Shown here: in pieces, positions 53,897-64,000 of the stretch | Layout of the letters: every line of letters starts with the position of its first letter | Numbering within the stretch: the first letter of the stretch is position 1 | Translations under genes and position numbers: made by a program | Notes under the pieces: model-generated | What the model was told of the DNA's origin: nothing | Database searches by the model: none | The model's input: the letters and a program-made list of their open reading frames with translations, nothing else | Origin: an uncultured Nitrososphaerales archaeon | GTDB taxonomy: Archaea > Thermoproteota > Nitrososphaeria > Nitrososphaerales > Nitrososphaeraceae | Direction: 5' to 3' | Assembly (NCBI GenBank): GCA_963841565.1 | Contig: CAWJCY010000011.1 | Location: 36,810 to 100,809 of the forward strand | DNA: 64,000 nt

Positions 53897-54592
53897 GTGA
53901 TGAACCTTTTGATTTGTGTTCTGATGTTATTGTTGACATCCTTGCCTATGGCGCTCTTTGCGTCGTATCAAATTCCGTCAGCTGATGCACAGTCTGTACC
54001 CTCAGGTGAATGCAATTGTATACTCGATTCCACTAGCTATGCCAGCGCTCCTTCTAGTAATTTGACTGGGCTAACAATCCCGAGTGTGGACCTATTAAAG
54101 AACGAGACGGTGGTGAGTGCTACGGAAGGTAATTTGTCCTGGATAACAGATAAGGGAACGGAGCTACTGGGGGTACTTTCTGATAACTACTTCCTGGGTA
54201 ATTTTTCAAGGGGGACTGGAAGAACGGTTGCACTTAACATGTTAGATACTAAACAGAACGAGTCATTTGGAATAGAAGTAAGCGGTGGTAGTTTGCCTGA
54301 TCAAATGAAGGCAGAAATTATTCAAGCATCAGTTGACAAGAATGGGACGCTAGCGGAGATAAAGACTGTAGGGCCCAGGATAGCGGAAGTTCCGATTGCA
54401 TATGACGCGACGCTAGAGGAGCCGACATCGGATAAGAATAGATTGAATGTAAATGTTCCTAATCCTGGTGACTATCTTCTGCTGTTAGAGCTGTCCTACA
54501 ATGGTACTGGCACAACATCTTCACTATCATCATCATCATCATCATCAAAGCCTCTCACCTTGGTGTATGAAACAGTTTTAGTAGCCCAATAA
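53897..54592 (+). CDS. Secreted hypothetical protein (copy 2)
   Basis: Two amino-acid differences from copy 1. Confidence 0.78.
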   Translation: MMNLLICVLMLLLTSLPMALFASYQIPSADAQSVPSGECNCILDSTSYASAPSSNLTGLTIPSVDLLKNETVVSATEGNLSWITDKGTELLGVLSDNYFLGNFSRGTGRTVALNMLDTKQNESFGIEVSGGSLPDQMKAEIIQASVDKNGTLAEIKTVGPRIAEVPIAYDATLEEPTSDKNRLNVNVPNPGDYLLLLELSYNGTGTTSSLSSSSSSSKPLTLVYETVLVAQ

Positions 54593-54693
54593 TCTTAATC
54601 TTGCAAAACGAATCATTCTAGAAATAGGATGGCCGAGACTTTTTTTCTCAGCGCTACATAGTATCTTTGAAGAGATCGCTCCGCTGATACCTA

Positions 54694-55242
54694 TCATCCA
54701 CCCATCATTGACTCAGCGTGGGTCGAATTGGCAGACATTATCTGCCCACGGATTTCTCCGGCTGGATAATTGATAGTATGAACATCGACATACGTTGTAC
54801 CATTCTTCATTCCTGATACAATTTCAGATAACTGATCGCTAGCACCGGCCTGACCTTCCAACATTTGGCCTGTGATATTCCCTTGGGTCAGTGTTCCATT
54901 AATATTTCCTGTCTCAGTACCATTTGACCCAAACAACGAAGCCAATATTGGCCCATTCTCGCCTAATGCTCCGCTATGAATGTGAGCAGAAGTAACTTTG
55001 TCAATTCCTGTAATGTTGATCATATACCATATTCTGTCTTGGGTTATCTTGAAAACTGCCATACCTGATGCATTAGTGTCCACCTGCGGATTCTCAAACT
55101 CCCCCTCTAACCCTGTCCAGAATTTTAGCTCTACTATCGAAGCGTAGATTGGTGCATGGCTAAACAATATCAACACAAGCAAGTAACAAATTAGAAAACC
55201 AGACATCTTGCAAACTTTCGCAGAAAGGTCTACCATCCACAT
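54694..55242 (-). CDS. CHRD domain-containing secreted protein (copy 2)
   Basis: Same motifs as copy 1. Confidence 0.92.
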   Translation of the reverse strand: MWMVDLSAKVCKMSGFLICYLLVLILFSHAPIYASIVELKFWTGLEGEFENPQVDTNASGMAVFKITQDRIWYMINITGIDKVTSAHIHSGALGENGPILASLFGSNGTETGNINGTLTQGNITGQMLEGQAGASDQLSEIVSGMKNGTTYVDVHTINYPAGEIRGQIMSANSTHAESMMGG

Positions 55243-55432
55243 TCAAAATGATTATGCTTCGTCAAGATATAAGATTTATCAACAGGCTTATATGGAAAAT
55301 TGCACAGGCATCCACAACTACACCTGATTTGTATTAGTTTTTAAGTTCTGTTCAAGTTCCTATACATTTTGCTACAAATTTGGAAAAAGGCTTAAATCGT
55401 ACCTAGCGAGGAAAAACCATAGTAGATTCGAA

Positions 55433-57200
55433 TTGACTACTGTTCGAATATCCTCCAAATCATATTTTCTCGGAGGTATTGTAGCTGGAGCAATTGCTGT
55501 TGCTATATCCCTTATTCTGCGGTTATTTGCTGGAGGATTATTTATTCCAGAGATTGCATCGTTGACATTATTTTCCCTTATACCCGGGGAAGTTGAATCG
55601 CAAGCTGTGCAGACCCTAGGACCTCTAGCCAAGTATACTTCCTTCATTGGCGCAACACTTGTTAACATAATTCTATACGGTCTAATCGGTATACTGGTTG
55701 GAAGACTATATGATAGACTCTCCTGGAAAAGTTATTTGGGAAAAGCGATACAATCCTCAATTATAGCCTATGTTATATTATTGGCTATAACATCTGTTCT
55801 CCTCTCCTTAACCGAGGCATCTGCGGGACCTGTTGCCGTATCCGATGTAATCCTGTATCTTGTTCCACCTAATGTCGCATTTGGATTTGTGTTGCCGGCG
55901 CTCTATCAAAAGGTGTCACCTCGTAAGCCTTCGACATCGAAACTTGCCGGCGAAAAACAGGCCCCTGCTGGCTTCGAACGTGAGATGGAGGGAAAGCAAG
56001 AGACATCGACAGCAGCGAGCAGATCCAAAGATAAATCGAAGAATGTTCCTCCGCTCAGCTGCGGCATCGGTGGTCGCCTTACCGATTCTCTACTATGGAA
56101 CTAATCGTTTGCTATTTTCTACCCAACAACAAGCTTCTCAGCCTGTTGTGCCAGTTTTACCGGCATCCCAGTCTGGTTCTGTTCCAGCAGGCTTTGAAAA
56201 TCCTGCACTCTCACCCCTACTTCAATATGAAGTCACTCCGACGGAACTATTCTACAGAATAGACATAAGCCCCATAGTTCCAAATGTTAACGCCGAAACA
56301 TGGAAGTTGAGTGTAAATGGGCTAGTTGATAATCCAATTGAAATAACATATGAACAATTAAAAGCAATGCCCTCAGTGGAACAATTCTCTACCTTAGGAT
56401 GTGTAAGCAACAAGGTAGGAGGAGACTTGATAAGCAATGCGATATGGAAAGGGATTCCGCTCAAGAACATCCTCGAGCAGGCGCAAGTACGGCCTGGAGC
56501 AAAATATATTGTCTTCAGATGCTTTGATGGATATGACGTAGGAATTCCCTTGGAAAAAGGGCTTGAAGATGGCACAATTCTGGCTTACGAGATGAACAGA
56601 GCGGCACTTACTCCTGAACACGGCTTTCCCGTCAGAGCTATTGTTCCCAACATTTATGGTATGATGAACGCTAAATGGATAACTGAGATCGAGATAGTTG
56701 ACTATGTTTACGAGGGATTCTGGCAGCGTAAAGGTTGGAGTAATATTGCAAGAATTAACACTTTATCATCAACAGTGATACCTGGCAATGCACCGATAAG
56801 GACCAGGTTCAGAGGCTTCTTGCCTGTCGGCTCTAATGTTGCCAGTTCAAATAATAGCACATCTTCTTCGTCTTCTTCTTCTTCATCATCATCGCCCGTC
56901 CCTCCTGGAAGAATTACTACTGTAGGAGGCATAGCCTTCGCAGGAACGAGAGGAATATCCAAAGTTCAAGTAAGTATTGATAATGGGTCTACTTGGAAAG
57001 AAGCGGCTATCAAGGAACCATTGTCGCCATATTCGTGGGTTATGTGGGCAGCGGAATTGAATCTACCCAATGAACAACCAAAGGAATACAAATTAACTGT
57101 AAGGGCTACGGATAAAGCTGGAAAGGTCCAGACCTCTGAGATCAGAGAGCCTTTTCCAGACGGGTCAACAGGTTATCACATGATCAGTGTTCAGGCTTAG
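55433..57200 (+). CDS. Sulfite-oxidase-family molybdopterin oxidoreductase (copy 2); one-base frameshift at 56017
   Basis: Same motifs and the same extra G as copy 1. Confidence 0.88.
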
Positions 57201-57400
57201 CAAAATCGATGAATGAAATAATTTGTTAGTGAGTATTGCATTTAGGTCAGTTGTGTCTGACGTAGCGTATCTGACATAGCATAATATTTTCGAAATCCTC
57301 TCATGCCTAGATATGAACCTTCTATGATGATAATGACGACACCGTCGGACGACCCTAACCGCCACGGTTTACTAACACGGAATATGAGTGGTGTGGATTT

Positions 57401-57682
57401 TTACTCTATATTCGGTATAGGGGTTGAAACAAACAGTTCGTCCATTCTATTATAGACCTGTAGAAATTGCATGCCCTTTGGTGTTGTTTTGAACGTTCTT
57501 TCCCCTTCAACATACTCAACCAAATCATTTTCAAGCAGATGAACAAGGTATTCCTTTAGTATGTTATAGGAAAGGTATGTTTTGTATTGTATTTCTGTCA
57601 CTCTGGCTCTATTGCCATTGGTGACTTGAAGGATAGATGACATTATTTCTGATCTCGATCTGTGTCTAAGCTGTTTAGGCAT
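57401..57682 (-). CDS. Archaeal winged-helix DNA-binding protein (copy 2)
   Basis: Protein identical to copy 1. Confidence 0.88.
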   Translation of the reverse strand: MPKQLRHRSRSEIMSSILQVTNGNRARVTEIQYKTYLSYNILKEYLVHLLENDLVEYVEGERTFKTTPKGMQFLQVYNRMDELFVSTPIPNIE

Positions 57683-58297
57683 CTTAGTCTAGTTTGATAT
57701 AGTGAACATATATACTTATTTTAAACTCATGTAAATTATAGATGAATCTTCTATAACAATGAAAGCTGTCTTTCTGATTTTATAACTACTCTCACAAATC
57801 GAAGCTCAATTTATCTGGTCAGGTCGGAAGAAGGATACATTAGGTTCAGACATCCCAAGGAAACCCTGATTTTCAAAAATCCAGGCATTACCGATTCAAC
57901 TGCATCTATCTGAACCCCCTTTCTGTTGCTGAGCGGGGCGTAGAATGGGAATCAGTGGGTGAGCTCATTCTATCAAATTCATTTTGGTCCATTAGCCCCT
58001 TCGTTTTTAAGATTGATAGGTGCCACGTTCTGCCGACCTATGTATAACAGCGAACGCAAATGAATGATTGTATTACGTTACGTTACTTTACTAAATAAAA
58101 TAACCAGATCAAACTGTACTAATCTTCATTGCAATTGCAATTTGCGAGTGAGTAGGGCTTAACGCAGTCAGGGGTCTACCCTATAACTTATGATACCGTG
58201 AAAAAATTAAAATTTAAACCAATACTAAAACTAATACTAAAACTAAAACTAGAATTCAACCAGGTCATGGAATTCCTGCAATGACAATGATCATTAC

Positions 58298-59830
58298 TTA
58301 TCTCCATGATTTGCTTCGAATATTTATCATAGCCACAGGCAATAGCCAGGTATAAACAAAGGTTGTTAGAAGAGTAAAGGCGGGCCTATATAACCAAAGT
58401 TTGTTATCGGGATTTCTGAGTTTATAATCCACCCCGTAAATCATGGCAGTGAACATTATTCCCCCCAACCACAAAAGAGTAGAGCTTAGCTCACCTACGA
58501 ATGGTAACATAAAGACTGCATGAAAGACCACATAAGGACGTACGAACTTCATCACCGTCATAATGTAGTAAATCATGGCAATGTAAGCCGGTCTCTTCCA
58601 GTAGCTTCCTCCAGTGGTGGAGAGACTTCGGATAAAGCTCTTTTTCCATCTAATCTGCTGCTTTACTAATGCTTGCATCGTGTTCGGAACACCCACATGC
58701 ACTTTGATACTATAGCTGTATTTGACGTTCCAATAACCTGAATCAGCGGAGGACTTTCCATCTCCATTTCCTGTTGTAGAATATACTGATGATGATGATG
58801 CAGGTGAATAAGCCGAGTTAGAATTATCTTCATCGGATGACCTACCAGGATATACTAATGGCTGTCCACCGCTATAGTCATTGTGTACTAGTCCTGCACT
58901 GTTGGTTGAACTAACGCCACTAGGTCCAATTATGCTTATTGGGGACACGAGTTTCCTTCTAGGAGTAGTGAGAACAAATGCAGTCATTCTCCGATCGGTA
59001 CAGAATTTGAAATCCATGCCAAGGAATTTGTCATGTGCCCATTCATGAATGAAATCTTGAACGCATTCTCGTTTATAGAAGCTAAGTGCGCCCGAGCAAC
59101 AGGTAACAGAGTCAAAAGAGCTTTCTGCACCTTTAAAACCTCTGCAGGCTGCATCAGCATAAACTGACTGCATCTTCTCATATACATTCCCTTTGGTTGC
59201 ATTTCGGACCGTTACATGTCCTGTAAGCGCACCCAGATTCTTATCAGCCATAAAGATCTTTGCTGCGATCTCCACAGCGTCAAGGTCCATGTCACAATCA
59301 CTATCCATAAATGCATAAATTTCGCCCCTAGCAATCTGACTTGCAGCTTCAACTGCTCTTTTTTTGCCTACACTATTATTAATATGAAGAATGTAAAAAT
59401 TTTTTATTTGTGGATTTTCTCTCTTTATGGAATCAAGGATTTTTGGTGTCTCATCAGTACTTCCGTCATTTACAATTATTACCTCTCTGTTCTTATAGGT
59501 CTGATTTATACATGATTCCACGCAATTCCTAATATTTTCTTCCTCATTCTTCACAGGAACAACAATTGAGAAGAAAGGAGAATTTTCCTTAATTGCACGG
59601 TTGTCCTTTAGTGCTGGGGGCATTTCAAAATTTGGGTCGCGATACCTGAAGTACGAGAAGATCAGAATATTTAATAAAATAAAGCTTGAAAAGAAAGTAT
59701 AAAGTCCTAAAACAAAATCCATCACGAATAGCAAAAGGTATACTTTGAGGACAAGAACTACCGATACAGCCGCGATGAGAAGACAGCGGATGAAAAACGC
59801 CCTTCTGTTTATCTCCTTTGATATTTTCAA
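58298..59830 (-). CDS. Processive GT2 glycosyltransferase, hyaluronan synthase/NodC-like (copy 2)
   Basis: Same motifs; one Ser shorter in the low-complexity insert. Confidence 0.9.
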   Translation of the reverse strand: MKISKEINRRAFFIRCLLIAAVSVVLVLKVYLLLFVMDFVLGLYTFFSSFILLNILIFSYFRYRDPNFEMPPALKDNRAIKENSPFFSIVVPVKNEEENIRNCVESCINQTYKNREVIIVNDGSTDETPKILDSIKRENPQIKNFYILHINNSVGKKRAVEAASQIARGEIYAFMDSDCDMDLDAVEIAAKIFMADKNLGALTGHVTVRNATKGNVYEKMQSVYADAACRGFKGAESSFDSVTCCSGALSFYKRECVQDFIHEWAHDKFLGMDFKFCTDRRMTAFVLTTPRRKLVSPISIIGPSGVSSTNSAGLVHNDYSGGQPLVYPGRSSDEDNSNSAYSPASSSSVYSTTGNGDGKSSADSGYWNVKYSYSIKVHVGVPNTMQALVKQQIRWKKSFIRSLSTTGGSYWKRPAYIAMIYYIMTVMKFVRPYVVFHAVFMLPFVGELSSTLLWLGGIMFTAMIYGVDYKLRNPDNKLWLYRPAFTLLTTFVYTWLLPVAMINIRSKSWR

Positions 59831-59962
59831 ATATTCTAAGACGTTGATATGTATCGCCTTCCTGTCTTCACTTTAGTTGTATACTTACTGTTTAAAAAAT
59901 GCATGTCTGTCTTTTAATGAACTATCTACTGCCAGATTTCTCTATATGGCTCTAACAGAATA

Positions 59963-60148
59963 ATGTTGAATGGCTATGATAGTGTTATTTTCTTCAGTAA
60001 GTTTTTCAATCATCGTCATCATGTTGTCTTTGGGTTGAGTACAAAATTACAGGACAAGAGTAAACTTTTGATCATTCTGCTACTTGTGGCTTGGGTGATT
60101 AGTTCAATCGTTGCTGTGTATTATCTTCGCATCGATTTCTTACGATAG
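59963..60148 (+). CDS. Possible small single-TM protein (copy 2)
   Basis: Identical protein to 50874-51059. Confidence 0.4.
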   Translation: MLNGYDSVIFFSKFFNHRHHVVFGLSTKLQDKSKLLIILLLVAWVISSIVAVYYLRIDFLR

Positions 60149-60267
60149 TGCTTTGCTGAGTGCATTTTTATTCATCTCCACTATAAAGTCATCCTTGTTA
60201 CCGTGCTCCTAGTTCTTTCGGTTCTGAAGGATTAGCTAAAATGGGCCACTCTTTGGCTAGAGTGTCA

Positions 60268-60466
60268 TGTATACGAGAAAGTTTACAGATTTCTGAGTGT
60301 TTACAAATTTGTATACAACCATTGTATACAAACCTGCTTGTATACAGCCGTTCAGTAGAAATTCACGCTCAACATACTGAACGACCCAAATTGAACGGCA
60401 TCGTTCAGAACACTTTTCAACAGTTTCCCTAGGGGGATTCGTTCAAGGCGTTCAATTAGCGTTCAA
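60268..60466. repeat. TGTWTACA/CGTTCAR motif array (copy 2)
   Basis: As copy 1; the two motif substitutions fall on the W and R positions. Confidence 0.8.
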
Positions 60467-60744
60467 TTAAGTTATATGCTAGAACTGTCATTGGCATAGG
60501 CTGTATGTCGCCAGCAACTTTACCCCCTAAGATTCTTTTCTGTTTATACTTTCCCGCTTTCTACGGTTCGGTCTCGTGATTTAACGAATACTTACATTCG
60601 ACTGGAAATAGATTTTTCAATGCAGTAATCTTGATAATAGCAAAATAGTTAGGTTCGTTGAGTATTTTACTGCCTATGGTTGGTTTTACATACCATTTGA
60701 TACCAACGTATATATAGAATGCAAGCCTAATGAATGGTATCGAA

Positions 60745-61290
60745 ATGTCAACAGAAAATAAAAAATCAAAGGATAGCACTACAGCAGCAGCAGCAACTTC
60801 AACAACAACAGCAGCAGGCGCAAGCGCAACTGCATCTATCAATGTATCTCAGATGTTTGATGCCGCAAACGAAAATGTAACAAAATTAGTGAATGAATCT
60901 TCAAAGGTCCAACCACAGTATGCTCAAGCAATCTCCAATTTGCAACAGGAGTATATAGACGCATTAAGAAATGCCATACAAAGAACATTCTCAGTCCAAA
61001 AGCAATTGGTTGCCAGCAATAACAACTTCAACAACTTCATTGTTCCAGAGGCAGCAGTACCATATGTTCAAGGCTTGGTAAAGCAATCAGATGATATCAC
61101 CAACAACTTCATAAGTGTAGCAGACATCAACAATCAGCTAACAATTAATGCATTGAACGTAGCAAGAGAGAACGTGAAGAACTTTAGCAGAACAGTGGAA
61201 GCAGCTGCAGAATACAACTCTAATCTTGCAAAATCTTGGGCATCATCTTACCCATCATTTCAACCGCCACAGTTTACCACAGGCAGATAA
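60745..61290 (+). CDS. Amphipathic helical N/Q/A-rich protein (copy 2, native C-terminus)
   Basis: Ends SWASSYPSFQPPQFTTGR*, followed by T-tracts. Confidence 0.8.
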   Translation: MSTENKKSKDSTTAAAATSTTTAAGASATASINVSQMFDAANENVTKLVNESSKVQPQYAQAISNLQQEYIDALRNAIQRTFSVQKQLVASNNNFNNFIVPEAAVPYVQGLVKQSDDITNNFISVADINNQLTINALNVARENVKNFSRTVEAAAEYNSNLAKSWASSYPSFQPPQFTTGR

Positions 61291-62078
61291 TTTCTAAGGA
61301 TCTCTTTTATTAGTAGACCAAAGACAAATAAGTACATCTCTCTTTTTTCATTTTTTTGCACTTAGTTTGATTGCTTCCCTGAGACGTTTTCTAGGCAGTC
61401 TGCTCCAATATGGCCATGGAAGTTAACAAATAGACGATATATCTCTTGCCCCCATTGTGAGTGACTACATTATAGAATGCAGGTGGTAATTTATGCACAT
61501 CTTTAGATCGCTATCCCATCACTATCCACTCCAACAGGAATTAAGGAATTTTCAATGATATAGAGATGCCAGGTTCAGATCCTGGCATTGAAATGGATAA
61601 TCAGCAATGCATACCACACGACTTACAAAATAGCTTGAGCACTGCAACGGTCATTTTTCTGACTTGAGATCAGATCGTCCGTGACTTACAACCTTATCAG
61701 AGCCGATCTATACCATAGATTTCCAATCCCAGAAAAGCGATGTCCTGCAATGAACCACAACGCAGCACTTTAGCCCAAGCAGATAGGAACAGAGCGTCGA
61801 TACCCTAGGGTCTAGAAGTACAAATTTTTTTCTTTTCTACTTTTTCAAAGCTCACGTTATTCATTGACTGATGCTCTGGTTATGTCATTGAGAGGATACA
61901 CCTAATAATAGAGAATGATCACTGCAAGCAGATAATAGCCAATACTTAGTTGGCAATCCCTGGGTACACACTTTCTCTCTTTTTCCTTTTTTCAATCTTC
62001 AATTGACCGATTATTTACAAAGTTCTGTTCTCTTTCAAGGATCAACAAAGCAGTTGAAATTGCATTTGTAAGCATTTG

Positions 62079-62265
62079 GGATGGGGAGACGGTGGTGATG
62101 GTGGTGATGCTATAGGAGGAGGAACATCTTCCTGCTCTGATGTAACGGGCGGTGACGGCGGCTACGGAGGAACAGCTGCGGCCGGGTACTAACGTTGAAG
62201 TAGGACGAGAGGGAGAGAAAGGAGAGACTGCGTACTGTGAAGAATTAGATCCTGAGGGAGGTTGA
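62079..62265 (+). pseudogene. Gly-rich (GGDGG / GExGE) gene remnant
   Basis: GWGDGGDGGDAIGGGTSSCSDVTGGDGGYGGTAAAG then, after a frameshift, TNVEVGREGEKGETAYCEELDPEGG*; locally GC-rich, no clear start. Confidence 0.4.
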
Positions 62266-63317
62266 TTAATTCCGTATTCTTATTGCATTACATTTTTGAT
62301 TATCTGGTTTTTTGGGATTGGGCACTAAGTAATCCTAAATTTCCTGTCTGTTAGTCTTCTTAGGATTATAGTGACCATACCTGGCGGTTTTGGAGAGGAA
62401 TCTATTGTAGGAGCATATATAACTGTGAAACCTAGAGGGTCTAGGTAATTGATTGTGCCTTTGCTCATGACCTTATATTCTTCATATCCCTTACAGATCC
62501 TTTATATGATCCTTTTGTCTGACCTATATTAGTTACTGAACAAACGACAAAGCGATTTAGCGGGGGGTATCATAGTAAGTTCTTGCTTTTGGTAACTGAT
62601 AAGATTTATTAGTTACTCTCGAGAGAAACTGCTCTAAATCGATTTCCATTCATCGAATCAATTGAGATTATTGAGACTCCAATGTCTCGGTCAATCCTCA
62701 GTGGCAAAAACAACAGACGTTCTTTTATTTTGCTAGTCGGTCAAGCCACCAGTCCTATACTCATATAAAGTTTGGGATTTTTACGCTATACCAAGGTGGT
62801 AACGGTTGAGCATTAAGTGCTCAGATTTGTTTACAATGGAGTCATTCAATGTTTTGGGAATCTCAAAGATTATTGTCTCAGGATTCAGGTCCATGTTGAA
62901 CGCTTATGCTAAAGGATTGGTTTCTGGCAAGGTAAGTATCTTCCAAATAAAGTACGCGTGCGCTGTTCAGGTAATCTAAAACAGGTAATCAAAGAAGCGG
63001 AGTCCTGGAGCAACGGCGTGAACAAGGTAAGAGCATGCAACCTGAACAACATAATAATATCATTGAGATTATTGGTATGGACGCAGCAATAATTAAATTG
63101 TTATTAACTGGCCTTGCTAAGTTTGTGTTGAGCATGTTCTTGATCATTCTATTCGCACCAAGTGCACAATCTCCGTTGCACCGGCCATAAAAAACGGCCA
63201 TCATCAAATAAATCACTTCAGGATACACCAGTTCTGACATTTAGGTTTCGTACATTGAACCTAACAAGGGCTCCAGATTTCCTTAATTCAAATCAAAAAA
63301 AAGAAAGAAAGTAGGGT

Positions 63318-64000
63318 TTATGAAGGCCCTATTCCAGAAGCAGATAATGCTCCACTTACACTCCCTCTTATTTGTTCCCGGAGTGGATTTGTCTGCTTGA
63401 AACCATATTCCGTCTCATCTTCTTTTTCACTTGATGTACCTTGTGAGTCACTGCCGTCATCACCGATGTCTTTACCTTTGCCATCATCATCAGAAGAGCC
63501 ATTAGAGTCATTGTTATCATCATCATTATCGCTCGATGATTCTTTCTCTAGTTCTGCGACCCGGTCCTCCAGTTCCTCTAGGTCTTCAGATGAGCCATTA
63601 GAGTCATTGTTATCATTACTATCATCGTCTGACGACGAATCATTATCATCACTATCGTCGGCTGGTGCTAGCCCAGCATTAACGAGAGCTGCTCTGTTAT
63701 TTAGTGCATCAACATCATTAGGGTTTATAGCTAATACTTTGTCATAATACTCTATAGCTTCTGCATAATTACCAAGATTTTCGAAAGCTACTCCTTTGTT
63801 ATATATTGTATCAACATCATTAGGGTCTATAGCTAATACTTTATCAAAATACTCTATAGCTTCTGTATAATTGCCTAGACTATCAAGAGCTACTCCTTTG
63901 CTACTTAGTGCATCAACATCATTAGGGTCTATAGCTAATACTTTATCAAAATTCTCAATAGCTCCTGCATAATTACCAATATCCATTGATACATTTGCTA
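63318..64000 (-). CDS. TPR-repeat protein with acidic D/S/N-rich tail (5' end outside window)
   Basis: Three 34-aa repeats (GNY.EAIEY.DKVLAI.PNDVD), 102-bp DNA periodicity; frame open to the window edge. Confidence 0.92.
   Translation of the reverse strand, partial: ANVSMDIGNYAGAIENFDKVLAIDPNDVDALSSKGVALDSLGNYTEAIEYFDKVLAIDPNDVDTIYNKGVAFENLGNYAEAIEYYDKVLAINPNDVDALNNRAALVNAGLAPADDSDDNDSSSDDDSNDNNDSNGSSEDLEELEDRVAELEKESSSDNDDDNNDSNGSSDDDGKGKDIGDDGSDSQGTSSEKEDETEYGFKQTNPLREQIRGSVSGALSASGIGPS

Larger units (their letters stand above)
52156..61245. repeat. ~9.1 kb tandem duplication, copy 2
   Basis: Starts CAGAATACTTCC (=43057) and ends TTGGGCATCA (=52155). Confidence 0.97.

Noticed and set aside
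43056-61245. Transposon, provirus or integrative element
   Set aside because: No transposase, integrase, terminal repeats, target-site duplication, tRNA site or viral genes.
510-63747. Many 60-130 aa ORFs antisense to or overlapping real genes (e.g. 510-737, 8845-9141, 16910-17254, 31091-31411, 38041-38337, 47155-47478, 63397-63747)
   Set aside because: Shadow frames of well-supported genes with no motifs of their own.

Overview
AT-rich archaeal chromosomal DNA. Gene content (rpl13e, archaeal Hsp20, two 'RSRxEI/RSKxDL' winged-helix proteins, TATA boxes about 25-30 nt before start codons, many secreted low-complexity proteins) points to a soil ammonia-oxidising archaeon (Nitrososphaeraceae); this is inferred, not searched. 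I found no rRNA, tRNA, CRISPR array, transposase or integrase. Bases 1-43 kb are a mosaic of stress, metal, signalling and surface genes: the 5' end of moeA, HtrA, two histidine kinases, an orphan solute-binding protein, a multicopper oxidase-ZIP-DtxR operon with a DtxR box, an APC-USP permease, an HD-GNAT fusion beside a degenerate P-II, an AcuC-like deacetylase and a membrane-anchored HNH protein. Bases 43056-61245 are a ~9.1 kb head-to-tail duplication whose copies have slightly diverged (sugar dehydrogenase, CHRD protein, Tat/Moco oxidoreductase, hyaluronan-synthase-like GT2, helical protein). Main leads: (1) two secreted disulfide-motif N/Q/G-rich micro-proteins with chaplin/curlin-like features, behind identically spaced palindrome-plus-promoter elements; (2) an intergenic array of TGTWTACA and CGTTCAR inverted repeats; (3) five frameshifts that are each one extra G at a GCAGC site, probably methylation-linked sequencing errors; (4) a possible nucleotide/acetylation signalling module (HD-GNAT, P-II-like, deacetylase). 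All product calls come from reading motifs by eye.
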